Shown here: positions 16,804-26,815 of the stretch, in pieces
Position numbering within the stretch: the stretch's first letter is position 1
How the letters are laid out: the number at the start of each line of letters is the position of its first letter
Source: a virus
Taxonomy: Duplodnaviria; Caudoviricetes
Direction: 5' to 3' (one strand)
IMG/VR virus record: IMGVR_UViG_3300033183_000125
Span: 1 to 60,205 of that record
Length of the DNA stretch: 60,205 bases
The notes under the pieces: generated by a model
Told to the model about the DNA's origin: nothing
The model's input: only the letters and a program-made list of their open reading frames with translations
The model's database searches: none
Program-made: the position numbers and the translations under genes

Positions 16804-19014
16804 ATGGCGACTATAAATCTTGGAACAATCGGGTTTACTTACAGAGGGGTGTATGATGCGGCCACAACTTACAGTAAACAGGACATTGTAAAAGAAGGCT
16901 CTGACACATACGTCAGCCTAGTTGACAGCAACACAGGCACAACGCCTGGCACTGACCCTACAAAATGGGAAGTGTTCACTGCTGGCATTGGTCAAGGAAC
17001 TGGCACACCAGCAGGCGGTATTTGGTACTACGATGGTTCAGGGGTGCAAGTTGCCGCGCCTACTGACGCAAATCAAGTTCTCCGCATTGACGAAACCACC
17101 AACTTGCCTGTTTGGACTGCTGACGACCAACGCTCTGGACAACGTGTTGCCAACTTGCCATTCCCAATGACCAACACTTACAGGTTCGGTTTCTGCATTA
17201 TGGAAAACGGTTCATGGAGAAGCTGGGGGTATAACGGTTATGGTCAACAAGGTCATGGAGCGCAAACAGGCAGTAGAAATATGCCCACAAACGCTATCTT
17301 TCCGAAAGATTTTGTAGGAATAAAGCTGTCCAAACGCAAGCTCGTCAACCGTAACAAGAAGACAGTAACCCTCGCTGTAACACAAGGTACAGACGGCGGC
17401 GGCAATCCTATCTTTATTATTGACGGCGTAGATAACCCTAATATCGACATGACTAACGGGAATATTTACAAGTTCGACCAAACAGATAGCACCAACACCG
17501 AAGACCTAGTGTTTGAAGAAAGCACAGATGGCGGCACAACTTGGGCTTCACTAACCATTGCTGACATTGGAGACCGCTTAAAGACAAGTGTTTACACAGC
17601 GCCTGGCCTAACCGTTGGCACAGACCGTGTGACATACATTCGTATCGGCGACAATGAAACTAACATGTATCGTTACGTCGGCTCTACAACTGGCTCTGCT
17701 ATGGGTAACACCATAACCCTGAACAAAAACGGCTTTGTCTACGACTACGAAGACAAGGGCTGGTACTTCATGGCAAGCTACCAAGTAGATAGCGCTATCA
17801 TCGACAACGACGGAAAGCTGTGGACATGGGGTCGCAACAACGTAGGTGAGTGCGGCACTGGCGGCACATCAGTACAGTATTTCCCTTACTGTGCATCAGA
17901 CAACGCATCAAATAGCATCAACGGAAAAAATCTTATTAAGATTGCTAACATGCCCGCAAACGGAACTAGCACTCAAGGTATCCTAGTTCTCGCAGACGAT
18001 GGCACAATCCACTACGCTGGCGATGGCGGCTACGGCTTGCCAGCTAACAGTTCGACTACAGACCAGTACAACTTTGTGCAAGCCAACGTACAGTTGGGTA
18101 TTTACCAAACAGGATCTCTAAACTCTTTCGTAGATGTATGGGGCGGTAACACAGAAGCTGGCTTTGCTATAGCACTTGGTAAGGACGGCACTTTGTACCA
18201 TACAGGGTACACAGGCCACTACACAAAAGGCACTATTGCAAACACCACACAGAACAACACATACACAGCCATTACTAACGTCACTGTCCCTGTAGCAGAA
18301 ATCCTTTGTGTCGTTCCTCGTGGTGTGTGGGTGCGTGACATTAACGGAGACTGCTGGAACTGGGGTTGGGACAACAACTCAAGCTACGCTGGTGCATTGG
18401 GGCGCGGCTCTTATAGCTATTTTGACCCTGCTATTGTATTCACTAATACAGCTAACGGTGACAACTCCGTCTGCGAGGTAATTCACACGGCTTATAGCGA
18501 CAACTATATGTCATCCCTTGTTCGCACAGCAAGCGGTCATCTACACTCATCTGGATACAACGGCTATGGCGGTTGCTTAGACGGCAGTACCTCGGTGAGA
18601 AATACATTCCACAACATCACTACCTATGCCCCGACTGTTGTTTATCCAGGCGACCACGAGCCTACTGGGTATCCATCATTCCCTACCAACATCAAGCGCA
18701 TGGTAATTAGCGGGAATGCGTCGGCACATACATTCCTTTGCCTAACCGACGACGGCGAAGTTTTGGCATGGGGCTACAACGGTCACGGACAAAACGGTTC
18801 TGGCGTAACCACCAATCACTCAGCAAGTGGCCAGTACATGTGCGTGCCGATCCCGAAAGAAGTAATCGACATAGGCGCCTGGGGATACGGTAGCGAAGAG
18901 ACATGCGCCGCACTAACTGAAGACGGCACAATGTACACATGGGGGTATTCAGCGGATGGGTCTATAGGAAACGACAACCAATACAGGTACGGCCCTGTTA
19001 GCTTGATTTTCTAG
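16804..19014 (+). CDS. RCC1/BLIP-II repeat tail fibre with an inserted beta-sandwich domain
   Basis: SWGYNGYGQQGHG, GKLWTWGRNNVGECGTG, GEVLAWGYNGHGQNGSG. N-terminal YRGVYDAATTYSKQDIV. Confidence 0.82.
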   Translation: MATINLGTIGFTYRGVYDAATTYSKQDIVKEGSDTYVSLVDSNTGTTPGTDPTKWEVFTAGIGQGTGTPAGGIWYYDGSGVQVAAPTDANQVLRIDETTNLPVWTADDQRSGQRVANLPFPMTNTYRFGFCIMENGSWRSWGYNGYGQQGHGAQTGSRNMPTNAIFPKDFVGIKLSKRKLVNRNKKTVTLAVTQGTDGGGNPIFIIDGVDNPNIDMTNGNIYKFDQTDSTNTEDLVFEESTDGGTTWASLTIADIGDRLKTSVYTAPGLTVGTDRVTYIRIGDNETNMYRYVGSTTGSAMGNTITLNKNGFVYDYEDKGWYFMASYQVDSAIIDNDGKLWTWGRNNVGECGTGGTSVQYFPYCASDNASNSINGKNLIKIANMPANGTSTQGILVLADDGTIHYAGDGGYGLPANSSTTDQYNFVQANVQLGIYQTGSLNSFVDVWGGNTEAGFAIALGKDGTLYHTGYTGHYTKGTIANTTQNNTYTAITNVTVPVAEILCVVPRGVWVRDINGDCWNWGWDNNSSYAGALGRGSYSYFDPAIVFTNTANGDNSVCEVIHTAYSDNYMSSLVRTASGHLHSSGYNGYGGCLDGSTSVRNTFHNITTYAPTVVYPGDHEPTGYPSFPTNIKRMVISGNASAHTFLCLTDDGEVLAWGYNGHGQNGSGVTTNHSASGQYMCVPIPKEVIDIGAWGYGSEETCAALTEDGTMYTWGYSADGSIGNDNQYRYGPVSLIF

Positions 19015-19024
19015 GAGAGTTTCA

Positions 19025-19276
19025 GTGACCCAAGTAACAATGACAAAACTTGAGTTAGAGCAACTCGTCGAGCGTTCCGCTCGACGTGGTGCAAAAGAAG
19101 CTCTGGCTAGTATTGGACTGCACGACGAAGATGCTGGAAAGGATATACACGACTTGCGTCAGCTTATTGATGGATGGCGCGACGTAAAAAAGTCCGTCGT
19201 CAACACATTCGTCAAGTGGCTCGTGCTTGTAATTCTTGGTATACTCTCAGTAGGGGCTTGGACTAAATTTGACTAA
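19025..19276 (+). CDS. DUF6127-like small membrane protein
   Basis: RRGAKEALASIGL.DE.A..DI.DLR.L followed by a C-terminal TM helix, resembling a family I recall from alphaproteobacterial phages. Confidence 0.7.
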   Translation: MTQVTMTKLELEQLVERSARRGAKEALASIGLHDEDAGKDIHDLRQLIDGWRDVKKSVVNTFVKWLVLVILGILSVGAWTKFD

Positions 19277-19538
19277 ACAAGAAGAAGCAAGGGTTCTTGA
19301 AGAACTCCTGTCTTCCAACGGATGGGGTATCCTCCAGCGGAAGATGCAAGACGAAATTCTCTCAGCGGCTTACCAACTAGCTGAAAACAAACAGCTATCC
19401 GTTGATGAGATAAACTTCCGTCGTGGCGCAATGTGGGCGGCGCGTCGGATGATCGAACTGCCAACTAATATTAAGATGATTATTGAAAACGAGTTGCTGA
19501 TGGAAGCGGCAACGGAGGCAGAACTTAAAAAGCAATAG
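19269..19538 (+). CDS. Small head-assembly-region protein (Bbp19-like)
   Basis: LEELLSSNGW..L motif and position just before the scaffold. Confidence 0.6.
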   Translation: MTKQEEARVLEELLSSNGWGILQRKMQDEILSAAYQLAENKQLSVDEINFRRGAMWAARRMIELPTNIKMIIENELLMEAATEAELKKQ

Positions 19539-19588
19539 AGCGCTACGGCCCTCACAGATAAGCCCGCTACGGCTGGCAGGAGAACAAA

Positions 19589-20668
19589 ATGGCTACTGAA
19601 CAAGATAAAGCCTTAATCGACCAGATGGCTGGTCAAAAACTCGGTGACGCAAACGCACAAGCTGGCGGACAACAAGTGCCACAGCAACAGGCGGATACGC
19701 CACCAGAACCAAAGGATGCACCGCCAACAGACCAAGAAAAGGCGCAGGCGGCATTATCCCCCACTACAGAAGCTGACAACTCTCTGGAGCAGAGCGTCAA
19801 GATGTTTGAAGTGGACTTCGACGGTCAGAAGCGCAACCTAACAGAAGCGCAGATCCGCGAAACATTTAATCGCTACCGCGACTTAAACTACCGACATGCC
19901 AATGAGATCAAGCCTATTGAACCTGCTGTGAAATTTGTGCAGGACATTATGGCTCGTGCAAGGCAAAGCGGTAAGGACATAAGCGGCGACGATATGGCTC
20001 AGTTCTTACAAGCCGCTACACAGGCGTTTGTAAGCAACCCGACTATGGGTGGTCAAAAAGATCCTACCCCAGATAGTCAAGGACAGCGTGTAACCAGTCA
20101 GCGCAACTTGCAATCTGAAATCGAAGACCAGATTAGGCGTTGGGAGGAAGAAAACGCTGTAACCTTACCCCCTATGTACCGCGATGGCTTTGCCCAGTTG
20201 CAAGCAATGCAACAGGAAAATGCTCAGTTGCGCCAAACTATGAACCAGTTTTTGGCATCAGCGCAGGGAATTAACCAAGATGCGGCGAAGGCCGCTATGA
20301 CTGCTGAACAGAACCAGCAACAGGCATACCGCACAACAGCGGCAAACAACCTGAACAGCGCCCAGCAAAAATATGGGCTACCAGACGCAGACGAAGACGA
20401 TTTCTTTAACTTCGCCTTCGAGCGTGGCTTCACCATCGAAGACTTCATTGACCGCGACCTGACTGAAAAAGTTATGGGAGACTTCGCCGCAGTCAAAAAC
20501 ACGCCTGAGATGGAAAGACTACGTAGCCTTGCACAACGTCGTCAGGCGTATACTGGCGCTAACTCATCCTCCCCAGGCTCGCCAGGCACTACGGCCAAGC
20601 CAAATGCCGACCAAGAATTTATGAACACGGTGGCAGAAGCGGCGATGCGAAAACGAAATATGTTATAA
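19589..20668 (+). CDS. Scaffolding protein (putative)
   Basis: Q/A/P-rich and helical, with FEVDFDGQKRNLT. Lies directly upstream of the major capsid gene. Confidence 0.75.
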   Translation: MATEQDKALIDQMAGQKLGDANAQAGGQQVPQQQADTPPEPKDAPPTDQEKAQAALSPTTEADNSLEQSVKMFEVDFDGQKRNLTEAQIRETFNRYRDLNYRHANEIKPIEPAVKFVQDIMARARQSGKDISGDDMAQFLQAATQAFVSNPTMGGQKDPTPDSQGQRVTSQRNLQSEIEDQIRRWEEENAVTLPPMYRDGFAQLQAMQQENAQLRQTMNQFLASAQGINQDAAKAAMTAEQNQQQAYRTTAANNLNSAQQKYGLPDADEDDFFNFAFERGFTIEDFIDRDLTEKVMGDFAAVKNTPEMERLRSLAQRRQAYTGANSSSPGSPGTTAKPNADQEFMNTVAEAAMRKRNML

Positions 20669-20680
20669 ATATAATAAAGG

Positions 20681-20712
20681 GGGACGACAGGGGTTCCCCT
20701 TTCTTATTTAAT
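20681..20712 (+). promoter_or_regulatory. Putative late promoter for the capsid gene, overlapping a hairpin
   Basis: GGGACGA-N19-TTTAAT inside the AAAGGGG...CCCCTTT inverted repeat. Confidence 0.55.
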
Positions 20713-20851
20713 GAGATTGTACAGCCGACGCTACGGCCTCACACAAGCTGTGCAAAAGGGTAAAACAAGAACCATCGTGCTGTACGCAGAGAGTTTGTAG
20801 TAGCCCAACCGACATCTTATGTAACCATCTAGCAAGTCTAAGGAGATAGAT

Positions 20852-22030
20852 ATGACTGCTATTACTGGATTGCGTGGGACTGGTCAGTTTACTACCGACT
20901 TCCGTCCTACTAACTACCGTGAATTATTCACGCTTTTGGAACCAAACGGTACTGCGCCACTTCAGGCTCTGCTTTCAATGGCAGGCTCAGAAAGCACAGA
21001 TGACCCTAAGTACAACCACTTCCGCGATGAGTTGCCTGACCGCACTCTGACTGTTGACGGTGCTATTGCATCACCTTCAACGAGTTCTGTCGTAGTCGAT
21101 GCCGACGACGATGAGAGCTTCGTTGTAGCTGGCGCGATCCTCCAGAACCAGTCAACTGGTGAAATCATGCACGCAACCGCTGATGCCAACACCACAACAC
21201 ACACACTGACTGTTACTCGTAACATCGGTGGTACTAGCCACAACATTGCTGATGGCGACGTACTGGTGATTGCTGGCTTTGCGGATCAGGAAGGTGGCAC
21301 TAGCCCAACAGCTATTAGCTTCGACCCAACTCTTGATTACAACTATACGCAAATCTTCAAGACTGCCGTACAGGTTACAGGCACATTGCAGAACACCTAC
21401 TTGCGTACAGGTGATAAAGAGCAAGAAGCTCTTACCAAAGCTCTCAAGTTGCACATGGGCGACATTGAGCGGGCTATGTTCTTCGGCGTTCGCAACGAAG
21501 CTAACGGCTCGACTGCTTCACCAACCCGCTACACTGGCGGTCTGCAAAGCATGATCACCAGCGTAACCGACGGTGCAACATTCGGCGCATCAGCAAACGT
21601 GATTACTGAAAAAGAGTTTGACCGTCTGTTGATCGAAGACATCTTCGCTTATGGTTCATCTGAAAAAGTTGCTTTCTGCGGCGCTCGCGTAATCTCCAAC
21701 TTGATGGAGATCGGCAAGAACCGTTGGCAACCAACTCAGATCGACAACGCTTACGGCGTTTCACTGACCCGCTACACCACATACGCTGGTGATCTGCTGG
21801 TGTACATGCACCCAATGTTCCGTCAGACAGGCTTGTCTGAAGAAATGTTCGTTTTGGACATGGCTGAACTGAAGTACCGCTACCTGCAAGGCCGCGATAC
21901 CCAGCTTGTCCGCGACATTCAGACACCTGATTTCGACGGCGTGAAGCACATGTACATGACAGAGTGCGGCCTAGAAATGACCCAAGCTAAAGTACACCAC
22001 CGCATCAAAGGCTGGAACGCTGTTAGCTAA
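20852..22030 (+). CDS. Major capsid protein (SU10/DUF5309-like)
   Basis: YNYTQIFKTAVQVTGT, DIERAMFFG, RYTGGL, TECGLE. Strong RBS AAGGAG, followed by a terminator. Confidence 0.9.
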   Translation: MTAITGLRGTGQFTTDFRPTNYRELFTLLEPNGTAPLQALLSMAGSESTDDPKYNHFRDELPDRTLTVDGAIASPSTSSVVVDADDDESFVVAGAILQNQSTGEIMHATADANTTTHTLTVTRNIGGTSHNIADGDVLVIAGFADQEGGTSPTAISFDPTLDYNYTQIFKTAVQVTGTLQNTYLRTGDKEQEALTKALKLHMGDIERAMFFGVRNEANGSTASPTRYTGGLQSMITSVTDGATFGASANVITEKEFDRLLIEDIFAYGSSEKVAFCGARVISNLMEIGKNRWQPTQIDNAYGVSLTRYTTYAGDLLVYMHPMFRQTGLSEEMFVLDMAELKYRYLQGRDTQLVRDIQTPDFDGVKHMYMTECGLEMTQAKVHHRIKGWNAVS

Positions 22031-22036
22031 GTCATA

Positions 22037-22069
22037 GGGACGACTGTAATGTCCTAAACCACATACACT
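22037..22069 (+). promoter_or_regulatory. Putative late promoter
   Basis: GGGACGA-N20-TACACT. Confidence 0.6.
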
Positions 22070-22094
22070 AAGGGCGGGGCAACCCGCCCTTTTT
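22070..22094 (+). terminator. Intrinsic terminator after the capsid gene
   Basis: AAGGGCGGG-gcaa-CCCGCCCTTTTT. Confidence 0.85.
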
Positions 22095-22108
22095 GTATTT
22101 GGAGCAAG

Positions 22109-22405
22109 TTGATGGCAGTAATTAAACCAGTAGATAAGGTAGCGGCGGTCAAAGCTGTGAAGAAGACTTTGGCAGAAAAGGCAAAGCCCGCACCTAAAAA
22201 CGAACAACGTAAAGACAACCAGCTATACGTCTCATCAGACGAGGAAGTGGTAAAGCTGGAAATGGTTGTCAGAGGTGAGCGGTATCGCTCTTACTGGGAC
22301 GAAGAGCGCGAACATCTCTTTTTCTCTATCAGGCCAGAACACATTGAAGCATTTGAAATGCACACATGGTTCGTAAGAGGTCGCTTCGTCAGACACGAGG
22401 GGTAA
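22109..22405 (+). CDS. Hypothetical virion-region protein
   Basis: ORF between capsid and adaptor, GGAG RBS. Confidence 0.7.
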   Translation: MMAVIKPVDKVAAVKAVKKTLAEKAKPAPKNEQRKDNQLYVSSDEEVVKLEMVVRGERYRSYWDEEREHLFFSIRPEHIEAFEMHTWFVRGRFVRHEG

Positions 22406-22408
22406 AAC

Positions 22409-23050
22409 ATGGCTATCGAAGTCCCACGCACTTATGACAAAATCGCTGGCGACAGACCAGCCAATACCGACGTAAAACACTACGACCCAGGTACTGGCCG
22501 AACAGACATGCCAGGCGCACGAGACTTGCGTGATACTCTTGATGCCAATACCAAAAACGATATTGAGCAGAAGTGGCGTGAGCATTGGGACGGTAAAGAA
22601 GGCCGTAACCGTTACTCAGTCAACAACCCGCATCTCTCTGAGCCGTACTCAAACCTAGAGGCACTGATCTTCCAAGCGCTACGTCGTTATGGTGACATGC
22701 ACCCAGGCACAGTTGACGGCGAAGTTATGATGATGTTCGTCGAATTTGCCAATCTCGTGATCGAAGACTTGCGTGGCCATCCTTACTGGGATAACCCAGA
22801 AATTGATTACTACACGCATCCGTCAGAACAACGCGAGATACCAGATAGCGTCATAGTGTCTGGTCTCTTGTACCACTATTCAGTCCAGCAACAGTCCAAC
22901 AAGATTGAGGCGTATGGGCCAATGTATTTCAAGATGATGAACCGCATCCTATTCCAGCGCAAGTTTGGCTCTGGCAAAATTGAGGTTTCTCCTATGGATA
23001 AATCGCAAGCCCCAAGCGGGACGCAGGGATACGACGCTAGGAGACGTTAA
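22409..23050 (+). CDS. Head-tail adaptor / tail tubular protein A-like
   Basis: Position, LEALIFQALRRYG N-terminal helix and IPDSVIVSGLLYHY motif. Confidence 0.6.
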   Translation: MAIEVPRTYDKIAGDRPANTDVKHYDPGTGRTDMPGARDLRDTLDANTKNDIEQKWREHWDGKEGRNRYSVNNPHLSEPYSNLEALIFQALRRYGDMHPGTVDGEVMMMFVEFANLVIEDLRGHPYWDNPEIDYYTHPSEQREIPDSVIVSGLLYHYSVQQQSNKIEAYGPMYFKMMNRILFQRKFGSGKIEVSPMDKSQAPSGTQGYDARRR

Positions 23051-24963
23051 TGTCTACTACTTATGCGCCTTCAGGCGTTAAGACCAAAGTATACCCTTAC
23101 GAGGATTTCCAGGGCATTGACGCATCACGCGACAAAGGCGCTTTGGACACTGGTCAGAAGCAACACTTGTTGGACATATCCAACGGCTTCGCTGATTGGC
23201 GAGGCTCTATCGTGCGTGACCCAGGCGCTACACAGCGCACACCTGGCGACGCCGTTATAACACATGTTACATTCTTTGGTAGAGATCTGGCCGTATGGGC
23301 GCAGAAAGACGGCGGCGGCACAAGTCTAAAGTCTGAGAGATCCATTGATAACCCACAGAGAACTATTGAGGTCGAGTGGGATCCAGTTACGCAAACCATA
23401 GTTGATGACACAACAGGTAACGCAAGGCCGACAAGCACTTTCAGATACTACGATGTTTTGTTTAAAGACATCCCGAATTACCCAGACATGACATCTCTTG
23501 CATGGGGAGATGACGCGACAGGAACGCCCGTTTATGTGCTTCGCATAGCCGTAGACAACGCAGAAGTTCTTGTACCCACAGACGATGGTGGGTCTCCAGC
23601 CACGATAGAAGTAGCTGTAGATGAAGTCTTTAACAGGGTAACTGTTTCTTCAAGCGGGTCAGCCGCTGGCGACCTTACATACTTCAACGATTTTTTAGAC
23701 GCACAGTCTATAGACTACTATCTGTACGCAAACAGAACAGACGTGAAGCCACAGTCTAACGGACACGAGGCTTTTGAGGTTTACCCGCAGACATCAATCG
23801 TCACATCAACCATCTTCAATAACAAGGTGGTTTTCGCTTCACGCGACTACCCTATGTATACATACGACGGTTTCAAGTTCGAGCAAATTGAGGCAGACAG
23901 TGACCCACGACCAGCTTACGTAGTCGCTGTGCAGAGACGACTTGCAACTGCTGGACAGCCAGGTCGGCGGACGCTCATAGACTTTAGTCGTGTGGATAAG
24001 GAAGACATCTACACCTTAGACGAAGACCCAGCCGCAGTTCAGGTTACACAAGCCTCAGACATCGACGTGGCCAACGTGATTGGCACAGCCGACGAAATCC
24101 GTGGGCTAGGCGTGTTCGAGAACAGCCGCCTTGCCGTGTTCACGTTTGACCAAACACTTGTATATCAACTGCACCCTGACTACACGCTTTGGCAGATTGA
24201 CGATAAAGCAAACATCAAAGTGGGCACTATCTCGCACAACACCATTTGCCAGGCTGGCGCTGACCTTTTGTTCTGTTCACGGGATGGGGTTCACTCTCTA
24301 CGTCGTTCAGAGACAAACGGTGTGACCATCTTTACCATTCCCATGTCTAACAAGATTGACTTGCTATACCGCTCATACGTCAGGAGCGTGGATGATACTG
24401 AGCAAATATCTGCATACTTTGACCAAGACGAAGGCCAGTACCACATATACTTCCCAATATCTGACCTGATTTCCAAGAGGCTTACACTAACCCTCAACCC
24501 AATGGCGGGTGGAGAAAGTAAGTGGTCTTCAGGAGACTTCCTGAATGTACGTTGTGGGAAGACGCTTGGAGGCGTGACGCTTCTCGGCACACCTGGCGGC
24601 GTATGGGAGCAAAACAAAGTCGAAGAGGTTGTCGAATACAGCCCAGAGATGGTGGTTACTACACCTATCTTGTGGCAAGGCGCTATCAACGACATAAAGG
24701 AAAGTTACAGTTTCATCCTGCAAGCAACTGGTAAAGGTGAGCTACAGGTGGAAGCCTTCGATGAGCGTGGAAGATATATGTCATCCATGCAGTTCCTCAT
24801 CGAAGATGACGGGGTGGACGACAAATTCCCCGATGTCCCGTTAAGTAGACAGTATGAAAGGAAGTTCGAGCATCGTTATCGTGGGGTGCAGTTCCGCTTT
24901 ACTACAAGAGGTAAGGGGCTTCTAAAAATAATTGGCTTTGCCGTTACAGTGAGGACAGGATAA
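23050..24963 (+). CDS. Tail nozzle / stabilisation protein (tubular B-like)
   Basis: Follows the adaptor. FQGID N-terminus, beta-rich, LLFCSRDGVHSL, C-terminal GVQFRF. Confidence 0.7.
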   Translation: MSTTYAPSGVKTKVYPYEDFQGIDASRDKGALDTGQKQHLLDISNGFADWRGSIVRDPGATQRTPGDAVITHVTFFGRDLAVWAQKDGGGTSLKSERSIDNPQRTIEVEWDPVTQTIVDDTTGNARPTSTFRYYDVLFKDIPNYPDMTSLAWGDDATGTPVYVLRIAVDNAEVLVPTDDGGSPATIEVAVDEVFNRVTVSSSGSAAGDLTYFNDFLDAQSIDYYLYANRTDVKPQSNGHEAFEVYPQTSIVTSTIFNNKVVFASRDYPMYTYDGFKFEQIEADSDPRPAYVVAVQRRLATAGQPGRRTLIDFSRVDKEDIYTLDEDPAAVQVTQASDIDVANVIGTADEIRGLGVFENSRLAVFTFDQTLVYQLHPDYTLWQIDDKANIKVGTISHNTICQAGADLLFCSRDGVHSLRRSETNGVTIFTIPMSNKIDLLYRSYVRSVDDTEQISAYFDQDEGQYHIYFPISDLISKRLTLTLNPMAGGESKWSSGDFLNVRCGKTLGGVTLLGTPGGVWEQNKVEEVVEYSPEMVVTTPILWQGAINDIKESYSFILQATGKGELQVEAFDERGRYMSSMQFLIEDDGVDDKFPDVPLSRQYERKFEHRYRGVQFRFTTRGKGLLKIIGFAVTVRTG

Positions 24964-26805
24964 ATGGCACGACTTAGACAACAGCACCCGCAAAACTACG
25001 TTAATAGCGGGAACATCCATACAGATTTTGAGAACTTGATACGATATATCAACTCAGCGGAGCTTGGAAACAAGACAATAAGCGAGTTGTTTAGCATCTT
25101 GTTCAACGAAGAAGGCGTATTCAGAGGCCCAGTCCAGATGCGTTTGGACGCACAGGTAGGTATTCAGTACCGCATTGGCCAGTACAATGGTGAAGAAGAG
25201 GGGTGGGCAACCATCGCTGACATCGGCGACTTGCGTGGCCCTGCTGGTGCATCAGTCGGTAACGTCGAAGGCCCGTTCTTCTTCAACCGTCAGGACATTG
25301 AGATCGGCGCACCTATCGCATCCGTGACTGTAACTGCCCCTGGCTCTGGTTATACAGCCGCGCCAACAGTTACATTCAGCGCACCTAACGATCCTGCTGG
25401 CACACAAGCCACTGGTACAGCCACGCTGGGCGGCACACTAAACGACGAAGTAGTAGCCGTAACAATCACGAACGCTGGCACTGGGTATTCCTCTGCCCCA
25501 ACTGTCACGTTCACAGGCGGTAACGGCTCTGGCGCTACAGCTACAGCCACTCTTGGCTCACCTGTATCTGTTGTTGACTACTCATTCGATCCAGGGACAG
25601 CAGACATCGTAGTATACCTCAACGGTATTTTGTTACACGACCTGACCTCTGCTGGTACTGCGGCGCAGTATACATTTAATACCACCAACAACACCGTCAC
25701 TGTCCAGAATGTAACCCCAGCCCTAGCCAATGGCGACAAGGTTACTATCTATTCTGTGCGCTCACAGGCGGTAACAAACTTCCGCCGCGACGACCAAGAG
25801 ATTAGTGGTACAACTACCCTGATCTCATTCGTGCATACAGCAGACGAGAAGATCCTCGTATGGCGTAACGGTGTTTTGCAAGAAGAAGGCGGTAATGCCG
25901 ACTACTTGGCATCAGCAACAGCGAACACAATCACCTTCCTCGACCCAAATAACCCGCTTGTTTCAGGCGACAAGGTTACTGTTATCACAGTCGAGAACCA
26001 GTCACTGAAGACCGTTGCTGGTTTAATGTTCGAGGATGAGTACACAGACGCTAACGGCTTTATTAAATATTCAAAGCTGTCCATCGACAACGATGACATC
26101 CCACAGTCCAAAGTAGCCAATTTGGCTACCTCTCTTGCGGGCAAGGCAAACATCACCAACTCACTAACGTCACCTACATCGCCAGTAACTGGGGACTTAT
26201 GGCTGGACATCTCACAGGTTCCAGCAGTTCTGAAGTTCTATGACGGCGTGCAGTGGCTATCAACATCACCAGAAAGCTCGCTACCAACATTCGTCCAGTC
26301 CAACGCTGGGCAGTATGTTCGTGTAAACGGCACAGGCACATCGCTTGAATATGGTGACATCGACTTCTCCTCACTCGTACCAAAGACATATATGGGTGCG
26401 GCAAACGGTGTGGCCACGCTGGATACATCTGGTAAGTTGCCAGTAAGCCAGTTGCCAGAAACATTCTCTACTGTAACCATTCCATTCTTTAGCGTATGGG
26501 AGGACAGTTCTGCTACCGTAACCAACAAGACTTACTTCATCACACGGCTCTGGAAACAGACAATCCGCATCGACGGCATCAGCTTCAAGTTGGCTGGCGG
26601 CTCTTGCACAATCCAGCTTGCGGTTGATGGCTCGGTTGTAGGTAGTACATACAGCGTATCATCGACAGCCCAGTCTATATCTCTGGCTACGATCATTGAG
26701 ATTGACGCGACAACAGCAGGACGCAGACTTGAGCTTGTTGTGACAAGCGCCACATCCGCAACCTCACTTGAAATGGGCATCGCGGCGGCAACTGTCAACG
26801 TATAA
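24964..26805 (+). CDS. Tail fibre/spike protein
   Basis: Two VT.T..G.GY..APTVTF repeats, VVYLNG/VWRNG..GDKV domains, SPVTGDLWLD, GAANGVATLDTSGKLPVSQLP. Confidence 0.75.
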   Translation: MARLRQQHPQNYVNSGNIHTDFENLIRYINSAELGNKTISELFSILFNEEGVFRGPVQMRLDAQVGIQYRIGQYNGEEEGWATIADIGDLRGPAGASVGNVEGPFFFNRQDIEIGAPIASVTVTAPGSGYTAAPTVTFSAPNDPAGTQATGTATLGGTLNDEVVAVTITNAGTGYSSAPTVTFTGGNGSGATATATLGSPVSVVDYSFDPGTADIVVYLNGILLHDLTSAGTAAQYTFNTTNNTVTVQNVTPALANGDKVTIYSVRSQAVTNFRRDDQEISGTTTLISFVHTADEKILVWRNGVLQEEGGNADYLASATANTITFLDPNNPLVSGDKVTVITVENQSLKTVAGLMFEDEYTDANGFIKYSKLSIDNDDIPQSKVANLATSLAGKANITNSLTSPTSPVTGDLWLDISQVPAVLKFYDGVQWLSTSPESSLPTFVQSNAGQYVRVNGTGTSLEYGDIDFSSLVPKTYMGAANGVATLDTSGKLPVSQLPETFSTVTIPFFSVWEDSSATVTNKTYFITRLWKQTIRIDGISFKLAGGSCTIQLAVDGSVVGSTYSVSSTAQSISLATIIEIDATTAGRRLELVVTSATSATSLEMGIAAATVNV

Positions 26806-26815
26806 GGGGGCTTAA

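Noticed and set aside
15049-19014. DGR or invertible shufflon acting on the fibres
   Set aside because: No reverse transcriptase, no TR/VR pair and no inverted crossover repeats were seen. The similarity is only at protein-motif level.
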